Assembly: GCA_965202625.1 (NCBI GenBank)
Contig: CBDBBI010000010.1
Span: 1,824,001-1,888,000, forward strand
From: a bacterium
Lineage (GTDB): Bacteria > UBA8248
Reading direction: 5' to 3'
Length of the DNA stretch: 64,000 nt
Part shown: one piece after another, positions 49,492-63,099 of the stretch
How positions within the stretch are numbered: the first letter of the stretch is position 1
How the letters are laid out: every line of letters starts with the position of its first letter
Translations under genes and position numbers: made by a program
The notes under the pieces: generated by a model
What the model was told of the DNA's origin: nothing
The model's input: the letters and a program-made list of their open reading frames with translations, nothing else
The model's database searches: none

Positions 49492-50552
49492 ACGACGAGC
49501 AGCGCATCTCCGAGGAGACACTCGTTCGCTTCGCCACGAAGGCCATCACTACCCTCGGGGCGAGCGAGGAGCGCGCCAGGGAAACCGCAGAAATTCTCAC
49601 GGCAGCCGACCTGCGAGGGATATCGAGTCACGGCGTGGCGGGCGGGACGGGCTTACGCGAACTCATCGAGCGGATTCGCAAAGGCGCCATCGACCCGAAA
49701 GCCACGCCGAGCGTCAGGCGAAACGAAAACTGGGCCATCGCCGCCATGGACGCACGGGGGGGCATCGGCCCGGCGGCGGCGATGGACGCGACCCGCCTCG
49801 CAGGCGACCTGGCGGAGAGATATGGAGTCGGAAAGGTCTACGTGCACAACGCGAATCACTTCGGGGCGGCGTGCGTGTACGTGGAAGCGCTGATCGAGCG
49901 GGGTCTCGCCGGACGCGCCACCTGCACCTCCGGGGCCTGGATGATCCCCTATGGGGGAAACAGGCTTCGGCTCGGCACGAACCCCATCGCCTGGGGGGTG
50001 CCCGCGGGAGATCGGGCCATCGTCATCGACATGGCCACTACCCAGCGCGCGGTGAGTCCCGCCATTCGCGCCAGCCGCGCGGGAGAGGTGATCCCGCCCG
50101 ATTATTTTCTCCACGAGAACGGGGATGTCATGTCCGGTCACGTGGAGTACGATGCGCTACTCAAAGGTTCCGTCCTGCCTCTGGGAGGGAAGCAGTTCGG
50201 CTACAAAGGCTCCGGCCTTGCTATGCTGGTGGATCTGGACGGCGTCATCGGCGGAGGCATGGCGGGGCGCGTTCCGACGCTACGCGTGAAGCCCGACGCA
50301 CGCATCGCCCAGACCATAGAGGCATGGAGGCTGGATGCGCTCTATCCCGAGGAAGAAGCGAGGAGACGACTGGCAGAGGCGGTGCGGGACATCAAAACCT
50401 GCGGTGGGGCGGAGATGCTGCTTCCGGGCGAGCGCGAGGCGATCAAAAAGGCGAAGGCGGAGCAAGACGGCATCCCCTATGAAGCCTCCCAGTGGAACAC
50501 CCTTGAAATGATAGCGGGCGGGCTGGGCATTGAAACCCCCGAGGCCATATAG
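49488..50552 (+). CDS. Ldh_2 family (malate/L-lactate/sulfolactate dehydrogenase-like) oxidoreductase
   Basis: ADLRGISSHG, NANHFGA, LGTNPIAW, IDMATT, YKGSGLA and LPGERE. Confidence 0.9.
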   Translation: MNDEQRISEETLVRFATKAITTLGASEERARETAEILTAADLRGISSHGVAGGTGLRELIERIRKGAIDPKATPSVRRNENWAIAAMDARGGIGPAAAMDATRLAGDLAERYGVGKVYVHNANHFGAACVYVEALIERGLAGRATCTSGAWMIPYGGNRLRLGTNPIAWGVPAGDRAIVIDMATTQRAVSPAIRASRAGEVIPPDYFLHENGDVMSGHVEYDALLKGSVLPLGGKQFGYKGSGLAMLVDLDGVIGGGMAGRVPTLRVKPDARIAQTIEAWRLDALYPEEEARRRLAEAVRDIKTCGGAEMLLPGEREAIKKAKAEQDGIPYEASQWNTLEMIAGGLGIETPEAI

Positions 50553-50620
50553 CGCAGCCGACCGAAAGGGGCTGCTGTTTCGAGGGCGGCGCCTCGCAAG
50601 CCACGCCGACGTGCCATCAA

Positions 50621-51871
50621 CTAGGCATTTCGCTCCAGATGGACGTTTTTGATCCGCCGCTCGCTCGCCGCACTCACGATAAGCGCCCACTTTCCTAAGG
50701 ATACGCGCTCGCCCGCCTTGGGAATGCGCTCGAACCGCTTCAGGAGATATCCCGCCAGAGTCTCGTAGTCCCCCTCGGGAATGGGCAGTGAAAGAGATTC
50801 GCGCACATCCTCGACTTCCATGCGTGCGTCAATGAGATATTGATCCTCACCCACCTTGCGGAACATTCGCACCTCATCGACGTCATATTCGTCGGCGATG
50901 TCTCCCACGATCTCCTCCACCAAATCCTCCATCGTCACAATTCCGGCGCAAGCCCCGTATTCATCCACTACCACGGCCATTTTATCCTTCCGACTCATCA
51001 GCTCCTTGAGAAGATCGTCGGCAGGCTTCGTCTCCGGCACGAAATAGACGCTTCGGATGAGCCCCGCCTTTTCCTTGAGGCGCCCGGTGGCGGCGGCCCC
51101 CAGCCCGAGAACGTCTTTGGCGTGAACAACCCCGACGATGTGGTGCAGGTTCTCTCTGTAGATCAGAATCCGCGAATGGCCGTCGTCCTCGATCTTTTCG
51201 ATCACCTCCTCCACCGTGCCGCTCTCGTCCACCGCCGAGAGATCCACTATGGGCACCAGCACGTTCTCCATGTCCAGCGCGCCAAACGTGAATATGCGGC
51301 CGATCATCTGTCGCTCCAGAACTTGCACGTCTCCGTCGCTTTGCTCCTCCATCAGGTATTCGAGCTCTTGTCGGGTGACGAACGGAGCCCCCTCTCCACC
51401 GCGCATCCTCAAGCCCAGCACCGCACCGATGAGCGCGCTGATCAGCCAGACGAAGGGATACACCACCCGCCTCGCCCCCCAGACGACGCGCGCCAGATAG
51501 GGGGCAAGCAGATCGGCCCGAGCCTGGCAATATCCCTTGGGAATCACCTCTCCAAACACCACGAGCAGGGGGATCACCAAGGCGACCGAGAGCGCCTCCC
51601 CATACGCGGGGCCGATGAAGTTGATGGCCGCGATGGTGAACAGGGAAACGTTCGTCACGAAGCTGGCGTTATGGCAGGTCAGAATCGTGCCCATGAGCCA
51701 CTCGGGCTTCTCCAATAACGACAGGGCGAGCGATGCCCCCCTGTCCCCCCCCTCCGCCTTGGCGCGCAGACGGGCGCGATCCGCGGAGACGATGGCAATC
51801 TCCGCGCCTGAGAACAACGCTTCCGCTATAAAGAGGACGAGGCCGACCACGACGACGGAGAGGACATCCAT
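50621..51871 (-). CDS. CNNM/CorC-HlyC (hemolysin-family) transporter, DUF21-CBS-CorC
   Basis: FSGAEIA, FGEVIPK, VVDEYG.GIVT.EDLVEEIVG and YETLAG. Confidence 0.92.
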   Translation of the reverse strand: MDVLSVVVVGLVLFIAEALFSGAEIAIVSADRARLRAKAEGGDRGASLALSLLEKPEWLMGTILTCHNASFVTNVSLFTIAAINFIGPAYGEALSVALVIPLLVVFGEVIPKGYCQARADLLAPYLARVVWGARRVVYPFVWLISALIGAVLGLRMRGGEGAPFVTRQELEYLMEEQSDGDVQVLERQMIGRIFTFGALDMENVLVPIVDLSAVDESGTVEEVIEKIEDDGHSRILIYRENLHHIVGVVHAKDVLGLGAAATGRLKEKAGLIRSVYFVPETKPADDLLKELMSRKDKMAVVVDEYGACAGIVTMEDLVEEIVGDIADEYDVDEVRMFRKVGEDQYLIDARMEVEDVRESLSLPIPEGDYETLAGYLLKRFERIPKAGERVSLGKWALIVSAASERRIKNVHLERNA

Positions 51872-51872
51872 C

Positions 51873-53144
51873 CTAGAAATCCTCCCGTCTTCGCGCCTGC
51901 ACCCGAAGGACGCGGGAGCCGCTCGTCTCGACCACAGTGAACTCCACGTTCCCCAAGCGAACCTTCTCGTCCAGCGAAGGCACGTGGCCGAGCATCGTGA
52001 ACACCGCGCCGCCCAGCGTGTTCGCCTCCTCATAGGCGGGAAGCTCCCAGCCGCTCACCGCAGAGAACTCCGCCAAGGGAACGCGGCCCTGGCAAAGATA
52101 CGAATCGTCCTCCTCGCGCTGGATCCAGGTTTCCTCGACCTCGACGTGCTCGTTGGTGATCTCGCCGAATATCTCCTCGAGCAAATCCGTCATCGTCACC
52201 AGGCCGAGGGTTCCGCCGAACTCATCCTGCACGATGGCGATGTGGGTGCGCTCGTGTCGAAACCGTCGAAACAGACGGTCGAGCTTCATACCGCCCGGAA
52301 TCACGAGAGGCGAGCGCAACATCCGCTTCGTCAGACGTTCCTCCGGGTCGAAGCGCTTCCGCCCCGCCTGACGCAGAAAATCTTTGACGTAAAGGATGCC
52401 CACTATCCGATCCCGGTCTCCCTCGAAAATCGGAATGCGCGAATGCGCCGCCGCGCGGACGCGCTCGCTCACCTCCGAGACGGGCAGGTTCATCTCCCAA
52501 CACTCCAGGTCCATGCGGGGCACCGCCACGTCGGACGCGGTTTTGTCGTGAAAGTCGAAAACGTTGTGAATGAGCTCGCGCTCGCCCTCGGCGAGCTCGC
52601 CCTCGGCGTGGCCCGCGTCCACGAGATGCAGGAATTCATCCTCCATCAGGATGCTTTGGGGGTCGCGCGGGGGAGCTCCCATGCAGGAGAGAACGCCATT
52701 CGCCACCTGTAAGAAGATCCACCGCAGCGGGGCAATCAAGCGCGCGAACACGGATATAGGATAGGCCAGGAATCGCGAGAGGCGCTCCGGATACCGGGCG
52801 GCCAGGGATTTGGGCGTGATCTCGCCGAATATCATGAGCAGCGGCGCCATCAAAACGGGCGCGAGCCACCTGCGCTCAGGCGCGAGATGCGACACCACGG
52901 TCCCCGTGAACAGAACAGAAGCGACGATGTTTATGATTTCGTTGCCCATCAATATGGAGGTGATCAGCCGCCGGGGCTTGCCCAGCAAGCTGGACACGCG
53001 CTCGCCCGCGCCCCCCTCTCGGGACATAGCGAGCACCTTGGGACGCGAAAGGGAGAAAAGCGCCGTCTCGCTGGCCGAGAAGCCAGCTGAGCAGAGCATG
53101 AGAAAGACGAAAGCGGCGAGGCGAAAGAGCAAGTCAGCATCCAT
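51873..53144 (-). CDS. CNNM/CorC-HlyC transporter (tandem paralog)
   Basis: FSASETALFSL, FGEITPKS and DEFGG..GLVT..DLLEEIFGEI. Confidence 0.92.
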   Translation of the reverse strand: MDADLLFRLAAFVFLMLCSAGFSASETALFSLSRPKVLAMSREGGAGERVSSLLGKPRRLITSILMGNEIINIVASVLFTGTVVSHLAPERRWLAPVLMAPLLMIFGEITPKSLAARYPERLSRFLAYPISVFARLIAPLRWIFLQVANGVLSCMGAPPRDPQSILMEDEFLHLVDAGHAEGELAEGERELIHNVFDFHDKTASDVAVPRMDLECWEMNLPVSEVSERVRAAAHSRIPIFEGDRDRIVGILYVKDFLRQAGRKRFDPEERLTKRMLRSPLVIPGGMKLDRLFRRFRHERTHIAIVQDEFGGTLGLVTMTDLLEEIFGEITNEHVEVEETWIQREEDDSYLCQGRVPLAEFSAVSGWELPAYEEANTLGGAVFTMLGHVPSLDEKVRLGNVEFTVVETSGSRVLRVQARRREDF

Positions 53145-53220
53145 TAACCAATGCCTCCCGGCTGATTTTGATTCAGACCCATCCGCCCCGGAGGTTCGGG
53201 TTCAGGCATAGGCACTTCCG

Positions 53221-54102
53221 CTACCATGAGGCTACTAACCTCCTTAGATAGTCCCGAAACGAGAGGCCGATATCCTTGCGCTCCAGGGCGAATTCGACCG
53301 TCGCTTCCAGAAAACCCAGTTTATCGCCCGCGTCATAGCGCTTTCCCTCATACTCATAGGCGTAGAGGGGCGCATGATCGAGCAGCCCTCGCAACCCATC
53401 GGTGAGCTGAATCTCTCCCCTCGCGTCAGGTCGCGCGCGTTCGAGAGATGAGAAAACTTCGGGCGGCAAAACGTAGCGGCCAACGATGGCGACATCCGAT
53501 GGCGCATCCTTCGGATCCGGTTTTTCTACCACCCCTTTGAGCGGTATGACGCCCGGAGAGGGCGCCGGCGCGTCGGACGGATCGACGACGCCATATTTGG
53601 AGAGCGCGCTCCTCTGCACCCGCAACCCGGCGATCACTCCGCCGCCGTGCGCCTCGAACACGCCCACCAACTGGCCGATGGCAGGCGTTTCGCTCCGGAT
53701 GATGTCATCACACAACATGACGGCAAAAGGGGCATCTCCCACGGCAGACTTCGCGCACAGAACCGCGTGCCCCAGCCCCAGGGGGCGATTCTGGCGTATC
53801 GACGTTACCTGCGCCTTGCGGGAGATTTCCTCCACAACCGTCAGCAATTCCTCCTCGTCCCTCTCGCGCAAATGAGACTCCACCTCGAAGGCGACGTCAA
53901 AGTGGTCTACAATGGAGACCTTCCCGCGACCGGTGATGAAGATGATCTCCTCAATGCCGGCGTCCAGTGCTTCCTGCACCCCAATCTGAATCTGGGGAAT
54001 ATCCACGATGGGAAGCATCTCTTTCGGAATCACCTTGGTGGCGGGCAAAAAGCGCGTACCGAGCCCGGCCACCGGAAAAACGGCCTTGCGAACCCGACTC
54101 AT
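53221..54102 (-). CDS. galU: UTP-glucose-1-phosphate uridylyltransferase
   Basis: KAVFPVAGLGTRFLPATK.IPKEMLPIVD, LGLGHAVLCA and GEIQLTD. Confidence 0.96.
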   Translation of the reverse strand: MSRVRKAVFPVAGLGTRFLPATKVIPKEMLPIVDIPQIQIGVQEALDAGIEEIIFITGRGKVSIVDHFDVAFEVESHLRERDEEELLTVVEEISRKAQVTSIRQNRPLGLGHAVLCAKSAVGDAPFAVMLCDDIIRSETPAIGQLVGVFEAHGGGVIAGLRVQRSALSKYGVVDPSDAPAPSPGVIPLKGVVEKPDPKDAPSDVAIVGRYVLPPEVFSSLERARPDARGEIQLTDGLRGLLDHAPLYAYEYEGKRYDAGDKLGFLEATVEFALERKDIGLSFRDYLRRLVASW

Positions 54103-54190
54103 AAGGATGCGCTCACGAGAGAGGGGAAATGACGATATACGTGAATTCGGGACATTCTGCTTTGACCATAAAAAAAAGGGCGCATCATGG

Positions 54191-57267
<3,077 letters not shown>

Positions 57268-57272
57268 CTAAG

Positions 57273-57305
57273 AAAAACTCCCCGGCGGCTTATGCCGACG
57301 GGGAG
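57273..57305 (-). terminator. Intrinsic terminator/attenuator between pal and cpoB
   Basis: CTCCCCG-TCGGC ATAA GCCGC-CGGGGAG followed by TTTTT on the minus strand. Confidence 0.65.
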
Positions 57306-57338
57306 GCCTCTTTACTTTAAGCGGGACAGGCTGGACGA

Positions 57339-57938
57339 CTAGTTCACGCCCGCCGGAAGGCCGCCAATAATGTTAAATTCCGCCCGACGGTTCTTTGCCC
57401 ATGCCGCTTCGCTGGAGCGAGCGTCATCTGGCCGCTCCTCGCCGTAGCTCACTGTATCGATCCGTTCGGGCTGCACGCCAAGGGAGACCAGATAATCCTT
57501 CGCTTTCAGCGAACGCCTGTGCCCCAGCGCGATATTGTATTCTACCGTACCACGTTCGTCGCAGTGTCCCTCAATCTGTACCCGAATGGTCTGGAACTCC
57601 TGCAGGAACTTTGCCTTGGCGTCCAGAATGGAGCGCATGTCGGGGCGGATCTCAGATTTGTCGAAGTCGAAGTACACCTTCTGATTCTCGAAATTGGACA
57701 ACGATTGCCGGAAAGTGGCGACCTGGAGGCGACGTTCCGCCTCCGCCATGCTCGTCTCGCGGCGCTCGGCGACGCGTTGATCCCCACTCATCATGGAGTC
57801 TTGTGCCATGGACGAAGACGGCTTTACGGCAGGCTCCTCCTCGGTTTGCGCCACATGCCTCGTGCACCCCACAGCAAGCATAATCGCCGCAACCATTATC
57901 AAGGATTGACAGGACTTCACGTGACGCGATAACGACAT
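57339..57938 (-). CDS. pal: Peptidoglycan-associated lipoprotein
   Basis: AVGC lipobox; VYFDFDKS, IEGHCDERGT.EYNIALG, SYGEERP and KNRRAEF. Confidence 0.96.
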   Translation of the reverse strand: MSLSRHVKSCQSLIMVAAIMLAVGCTRHVAQTEEEPAVKPSSSMAQDSMMSGDQRVAERRETSMAEAERRLQVATFRQSLSNFENQKVYFDFDKSEIRPDMRSILDAKAKFLQEFQTIRVQIEGHCDERGTVEYNIALGHRRSLKAKDYLVSLGVQPERIDTVSYGEERPDDARSSEAAWAKNRRAEFNIIGGLPAGVN

Positions 57939-58138
57939 TCAAAAATCCTCCCGGGAGTTTTTCGCTTATTCTATGCACTATGTGCATATAGCCATGTTGG
58001 GCAAGCGTTATACGCCTCGGAGTAAGAGATACCCTCCGATTCACCTTCGTATAGAGGCATATTCTAAAGGATGAAGGCGCGATGGGCAAGCCCATTTATT
58101 CAATTTTTCAAGAGGCACACGCCCCGTTCTCAAAAACA

Positions 58139-59491
58139 TCATCTGGACGACGGCGACCAAGCGGGTTCTTGTCCAGGTCGAAGCCGCTTGAGCTGCGTGC
58201 CGGCGGAGGTCATGACGTAGACGTATTTTCTGCCGCTCCGATCTGAGGAGAACGCGATGTGCCGGCCATCGGGAGACCAAGTGGGAGATTCGTTGCGGCC
58301 CTGGCCGCCCGTGAGACGACGCAGGTCGGAGCCGTCGACGTTCATGGTGGCGATGTCTATTTCCTTTCCTCGTTTGATGCGGCTCGTCAACGCTATCCTG
58401 TCCCCTCGGGGACTCCAATCGGGTTCGGTATTGTATTTTCCCTTGAACGTGATGCGCCGAGGGCTGGAGCCGTCCAGAGCCATGACGTAGACGTGGGGAT
58501 TCCCCGAACGGCTTGACGTAAAGGCGATTTTTTTGCCGTCCGGCGAGAACGAGGGGGATACGTCAATGCCGAAGCTCCGAGTGAGCCTTCTCTTCACGCG
58601 CGCGCGCAAATCATAGCGAAAGATCTCAAAGTTTCCCCCCACAATCTCGGCGAACGCGAAGTAGCGCGAATCCGGAGAAAAGGCACCCCCTATGGCCTGC
58701 ACGCGCCTTGAGCTCACCTTGCGCCCGCGCGCCCCGCTCGTGGGCAATAGAAACACGCCGGGCGGCTTAGATTTGAACGAAGAATACGCCAGCCACCTAC
58801 CGTCCGGAGACCACGCGGGTGCGTTGTTGCCCATTCCGTTGCGCGTCACCCGCCTCGGATCGGCGCCGTCCCAATCCATTATGTATATCTCCCCGCGCTC
58901 TTTGGGTGAGCGCCTCGACACGAAAGCGAGCTGGGTGTCGAATATCCCCTCCTCGCCCGTGAAGCGCTCAAGTACTGCGTTGGCGAATCGGTGGGCCAGC
59001 GAACGCCAGTCGATCTTCGAGTATTCATATCGCCTACCCAGCTCTTGGGCGGAGCGGAGCGTATCGTAGAGGTAGAGTTCGGCGGTGATGTTGTTTCCCG
59101 AAATGACGTAGCCGCCCTTGATGAGTGCCTCCACCCTGACCATCTTGCTCCATTGGGAGAACCTCTGCTCTTTCTTGCGAGTCCCCGCGCGCATGGGATT
59201 TTCGAGATAACCTCTCCGGTCAGGAATGAAAAACTGGCCGGTGCGCCTGAGGTCGGATTCGATGAGTTTCGCTATCTTGAGTCCCAGGGCGTCGCGCCGC
59301 CCGTCGAGCGGGCGAAGCTCCGGTATCGCCAATCGTATCTTCTTCGCCGTCGGGGAGTGAATGTCGATGAACACGCGCGCAGCGTCCGCCGCCCCCTGTA
59401 CCCAGGGAAAAATCGCCGCCACCCAAAAAATCGCCCAGAAAAACGTCCGACTTTCGCGCCCCTTATGCCTGATTTTCCACTGGATTCGCAT
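58139..59491 (-). CDS. tolB: TolB
   Basis: AHRFAN..LERFTGEEGIFDTQLAFV; PD40 repeats (P.WSPDG); TGATG coupling to tolA. Confidence 0.93.
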   Translation of the reverse strand: MRIQWKIRHKGRESRTFFWAIFWVAAIFPWVQGAADAARVFIDIHSPTAKKIRLAIPELRPLDGRRDALGLKIAKLIESDLRRTGQFFIPDRRGYLENPMRAGTRKKEQRFSQWSKMVRVEALIKGGYVISGNNITAELYLYDTLRSAQELGRRYEYSKIDWRSLAHRFANAVLERFTGEEGIFDTQLAFVSRRSPKERGEIYIMDWDGADPRRVTRNGMGNNAPAWSPDGRWLAYSSFKSKPPGVFLLPTSGARGRKVSSRRVQAIGGAFSPDSRYFAFAEIVGGNFEIFRYDLRARVKRRLTRSFGIDVSPSFSPDGKKIAFTSSRSGNPHVYVMALDGSSPRRITFKGKYNTEPDWSPRGDRIALTSRIKRGKEIDIATMNVDGSDLRRLTGGQGRNESPTWSPDGRHIAFSSDRSGRKYVYVMTSAGTQLKRLRPGQEPAWSPSSR

Positions 59492-60531
59492 CAGCAGCCG
59501 AGCCTTTTTCCGCAGAATCGAAAACCGAGCAAAAGCCATTTCTCTTTTGCTGTATCAGGAGGCGAGGGCAGGGTAGGCTTCGAGGCCCGCTTCACGGCGC
59601 GCAGCGCCGCCTGATCGTAAATACGGTTTCCACTGGTGCGCACTATCCGCAAATTACGATGTCCTCCCCTACGGCTCACGTCAATCGAGACCGAAGCTCT
59701 CATCTTGCTCACGTTGGAGAGGCTAAGCGGAAGCGTCCAGTGGTTCCGAATCCGCCGCGCGAGCAGACCATAGTATCTTTCCATCTCCGAGCGCGCGACC
59801 CCGCCGCCGCCGAGACTGCCGCCACCCTGCCCATCACCTCCCCCCGAGCCGAGATACCCCTTCAAGGGTCCACGGCTTCTGGACGCAAGGTCCGCCTTCG
59901 CTAGGCGATTATCGCGCATTCGATCAGCCGGCGGTCTGTTTTTCTTTTTTGGGCTCCTCGCCCCTCTGGTCGCGTCGCTCTTGCGTTTCTCGTAGCGCGA
60001 GCGCCAACGCCTCTCGCGCTCGCGGCGAACGCGGATTCGCTCAAGGCGCGCCTCTCGAGCGAGGTCGCGCCTTTTCTTCCGCACCGCCCTTTTCTTGCCC
60101 TCGCCGCTCTTCTTCACAATGCGGCGAAGCTTCCTGGGAGGACTCTTCTGTTTGAGGATTCTTTTTTTCTCATCCGACGCGGACCTCTTCTGAGGCACCA
60201 CTATCTTCCTCGCGCCCTTGGCCGGCGCCTCCACGTCTTCTGGCCGATCTCCGGATTTGCCCCGCGCCGCGCCACCCGGAATTTCATCCGCACCCACCAG
60301 ACTGACGGCCGTCCCACTGCCGAAGAAACGGTATTTTGGCTGCGAGGGCGCCATGCTCACCCAAACGAAGAGCACCGCGTGCAGAAAAACGGAAGCCGCC
60401 CACGCCCTGCGAAACCAGCGATCATGAACCAGTGCACTCCGCTCCTCACGCGCCCTTGAAACCTCCGCTTCCACTCGTGGAGGAGGTCCGCCCTCGGCGT
60501 TGTTTTCCGGAAACTTTCGCTTCTCGCTCAT
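59491..60531 (-). CDS. tolA: TolA/TonB-family energy transducer
   Basis: TM segment with S..LH (ASVFLHAV), long charged linker and TonB_C domain (SGNRIYDQAALRAV); position in the operon. Confidence 0.8.
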   Translation of the reverse strand: MSEKRKFPENNAEGGPPPRVEAEVSRAREERSALVHDRWFRRAWAASVFLHAVLFVWVSMAPSQPKYRFFGSGTAVSLVGADEIPGGAARGKSGDRPEDVEAPAKGARKIVVPQKRSASDEKKRILKQKSPPRKLRRIVKKSGEGKKRAVRKKRRDLAREARLERIRVRRERERRWRSRYEKRKSDATRGARSPKKKNRPPADRMRDNRLAKADLASRSRGPLKGYLGSGGGDGQGGGSLGGGGVARSEMERYYGLLARRIRNHWTLPLSLSNVSKMRASVSIDVSRRGGHRNLRIVRTSGNRIYDQAALRAVKRASKPTLPSPPDTAKEKWLLLGFRFCGKRLGC

Positions 60532-60546
60532 GAGACCACCGAATTC

Positions 60547-61002
60547 TCAGCGTCTTCGCCGCCCGGTCTGGGGGGGCTCCAAGGGGTCGGTCACCATGTT
60601 CAAGCGGTTGACGCCCGCCGCGCGAATGATGGACATGGCTTTCACCACCTCGCCGTAGGGAACTGCGCGATCCGCCCTCAGGAAGATTTCCCGACGCCGC
60701 CTGCCCTTGAAGATCGCCGTGAGTTTCTCCTTCAACGCAGAGTTGGTCAGCAGACTGTCATTGAGATATATGCGACGGTTCTTGTCCAAGATGATGACGA
60801 CCGCATCCTCCGCCACGCTCGCCTTCGCCGCTCTCACCTGGGGCAAATCTACGTTCACGGCCTGATTCTGCGTCTCGAGCAGCGGCGCGGTGACCATGAA
60901 AATCACCAGCAACACCAGCATCACGTCCACGAGCGGCGTGACGTTGATGTCCGATATGCTTGACCCACGGTTCAGATTAACGGCCAAAGCGCCTCCCGTC
61001 AC
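60547..61002 (-). CDS. tolR: TolR
   Basis: INVTPLVDVMLVLLVIFMVTAP and LRADRAVPYG. Confidence 0.93.
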   Translation of the reverse strand: MTGGALAVNLNRGSSISDINVTPLVDVMLVLLVIFMVTAPLLETQNQAVNVDLPQVRAAKASVAEDAVVIILDKNRRIYLNDSLLTNSALKEKLTAIFKGRRRREIFLRADRAVPYGEVVKAMSIIRAAGVNRLNMVTDPLEPPQTGRRRR

Positions 61003-61817
61003 AAACGCATGAATTGACGACCAACGAGATTGAGAAAATCCGCCGTGAAGTTCTCGATTTCATCCGCGATCACCTTCACGCGGCCCTGATAGTGATTATA
61101 CGCAATCACCGCGGGGATGGCCGCGAGCAGTCCGAGCGCCGTGGCGATGAGCGCCTCGCTGATGCCCGGCGCGACCACGGCGAGCCCCGCCGAGCCTCTG
61201 GCGCCAATCTCCCGAAACGAATTCATGATGCCCCACACCGTGCCAAAGAGGCCAATGAACGGGGTGGCACTCGCCGTTGTAGCCAAAAAGGTCATCATGC
61301 GCTCCAACTTGCCCAACTGCTCGTTCGCCGCCCGCCTGAGCGCGCGCTCGACGCTCTCCACCCCCGTCATCTCCGAGGTGAGAACGCCCGAATCCTCGGC
61401 TCCCCCCCGAGAGCGCGTTTTCAGCAGCTGCTCGGCCTCAATATAGCCGGCGGCGAACACCTCGCCCACCGGACCGCTCTCGTGAGCGTCCATCTCCGCA
61501 TAGAGATGATCCAGGCGCTTGGAGCGCCAGAACGTCTCGACGAACGTCGCCGAGCACCTGCTCGCCCTGCGAAGCTCCCAGAACTTCCAGATGATGATGG
61601 CCCACGACGAAAGCGAGAAAACCACGAGCAGGAGCAAAACGCCCATCACCATACCGCCCGACTGCGTGGCGAGGGTGAATATGCCCATCTCCTGCTTAAG
61701 GGGCGCGAACGGAAGCGCATCGCTCGGTGGCAACGCGGCCGCGGCCAAAAACGGTAGCAAAACCACTCTCCTCCTAGGCGGAGGGTGCAGTATCGCCCCT
61801 TTGTCAGTCGCAGTCAA
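60999..61817 (-). CDS. tolQ: TolQ
   Basis: FLATTASATPFIGLFGTVWGIM and VAPGISEALIATA.GL.AAIPAV. Confidence 0.94.
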   Translation of the reverse strand: MTATDKGAILHPPPRRRVVLLPFLAAAALPPSDALPFAPLKQEMGIFTLATQSGGMVMGVLLLLVVFSLSSWAIIIWKFWELRRASRCSATFVETFWRSKRLDHLYAEMDAHESGPVGEVFAAGYIEAEQLLKTRSRGGAEDSGVLTSEMTGVESVERALRRAANEQLGKLERMMTFLATTASATPFIGLFGTVWGIMNSFREIGARGSAGLAVVAPGISEALIATALGLLAAIPAVIAYNHYQGRVKVIADEIENFTADFLNLVGRQFMRL

Positions 61818-61905
61818 TATGAATGGTCGAACGCTGAATTGTTGACATCTCTTCTCATCTCAGGGATAATGAATTCCTCGCCCGTTGCTGGAGGCCCCGC
61901 TCCGA

Positions 61906-63099
61906 ATGGACGCTCAAGCGATCAAGGCCGCCATCTCAAAACGCATCGACGATGAGGCGGACGCGCTGTGGGCACTTGCGCTCGCGATTCACGCCGATCC
62001 GGAGCTCAGATTTGAGGAGTACCGCGCGGCGGCGCGCCTGTCCGCCTATCTGGAGGACCGCGGATTCGCGCTCACCCGAGGGGTGTCGAACCTGCCTACT
62101 GCGTTTCTCGCGGACAGGCCCGCGGTGGATGCGAAAAAGCCCTCCGTCTCGTTCCTCTCAGAGTATGACGCGCTGCCTGGACTCGGTCATGCCTGCGCCC
62201 ACAACATCATCGGAGTCGCCAGCGCGGCTGCGGGTGCCGCGCTCAAGGAAGCGCTCGGGCCCGAGCACGGGAGCGTCGCCGTCTTCGGCACACCCGGAGA
62301 GGAGGGCGGGGGCGGCAAGGCGCTAATGGCGCAAACCGGCATGTTTCAAGGAGTAGGTGCCGCCATGATGATGCACCCTTCGGACGAAACCAGGGTCGAG
62401 GCGCGTTTTCTCGCCCTCTCTGAACTTCGCTTTCATTTCAGGGGTCGCGCCGCGCACGCCTCCGTCGCCCCGGAGCAGGGCGTCAACGCGCTCGACGCGC
62501 TTGTCATCACGTTCAACGCCGTCTCCTCTCTCCGCCAGCAGCTTTGCCAAAGCGATCGCGTTCACGGCGTCATCACAGAGGGCGGGGACGTTCCCAACGT
62601 CATCCCCGAGAGAGCCTCCGGCTGGTTTTTCGTGAGAAGCGATACGCTGGAGGGACTCTCGGAGTTGCTCTCCCGGGTCATCGCCTGCGCGCAGGGGGCG
62701 GCCAAGTCCACGGGCGCGAAACTAAAAATCGAGAAACATCCTATCACATACGCCCCCCTGCGGCTCAACCCCCCCCTGGCATCGCTGTTTCGAAAAAACC
62801 TCAACCAGCTGGGCGTCCATGAGCCAGATTCGCCGCCGCCCCTGCGAATGGGATCTTCCGACGTCGGAAACGCCAGCCAGCACACGCCCACCATTCATCC
62901 GCAAATCCAGATGGTTCCTTCAGGGGTTTCCGCCCACACGCGGGAGTTCGCCGAGGCATCGGCGGGCGAGGAGGGCAGGCGCGTCCTGCTCGCCGGTGCG
63001 AAGGCGCTGGCGATGACGGGCGCGGACTTTCTTCTGGACGAGGGCGCACGGGGGGAGGTGGAGGCGGAATTCAAGAGGCGAGAAAGCACATCAAAATGA
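61906..63099 (+). CDS. M20 family amidohydrolase (ACY1L2/PM20D2-like)
   Basis: IHADPELRFEE, EYDALPGLGHACAHN, GTPGEEGGGGK and GSSDVGN. Confidence 0.92.
   Translation: MDAQAIKAAISKRIDDEADALWALALAIHADPELRFEEYRAAARLSAYLEDRGFALTRGVSNLPTAFLADRPAVDAKKPSVSFLSEYDALPGLGHACAHNIIGVASAAAGAALKEALGPEHGSVAVFGTPGEEGGGGKALMAQTGMFQGVGAAMMMHPSDETRVEARFLALSELRFHFRGRAAHASVAPEQGVNALDALVITFNAVSSLRQQLCQSDRVHGVITEGGDVPNVIPERASGWFFVRSDTLEGLSELLSRVIACAQGAAKSTGAKLKIEKHPITYAPLRLNPPLASLFRKNLNQLGVHEPDSPPPLRMGSSDVGNASQHTPTIHPQIQMVPSGVSAHTREFAEASAGEEGRRVLLAGAKALAMTGADFLLDEGARGEVEAEFKRRESTSK

Noticed and set aside
50621-53144. Tandem CNNM/CorC genes as a novelty
   Set aside because: Tandem DUF21-CBS-CorC pairs are a familiar arrangement in many bacteria
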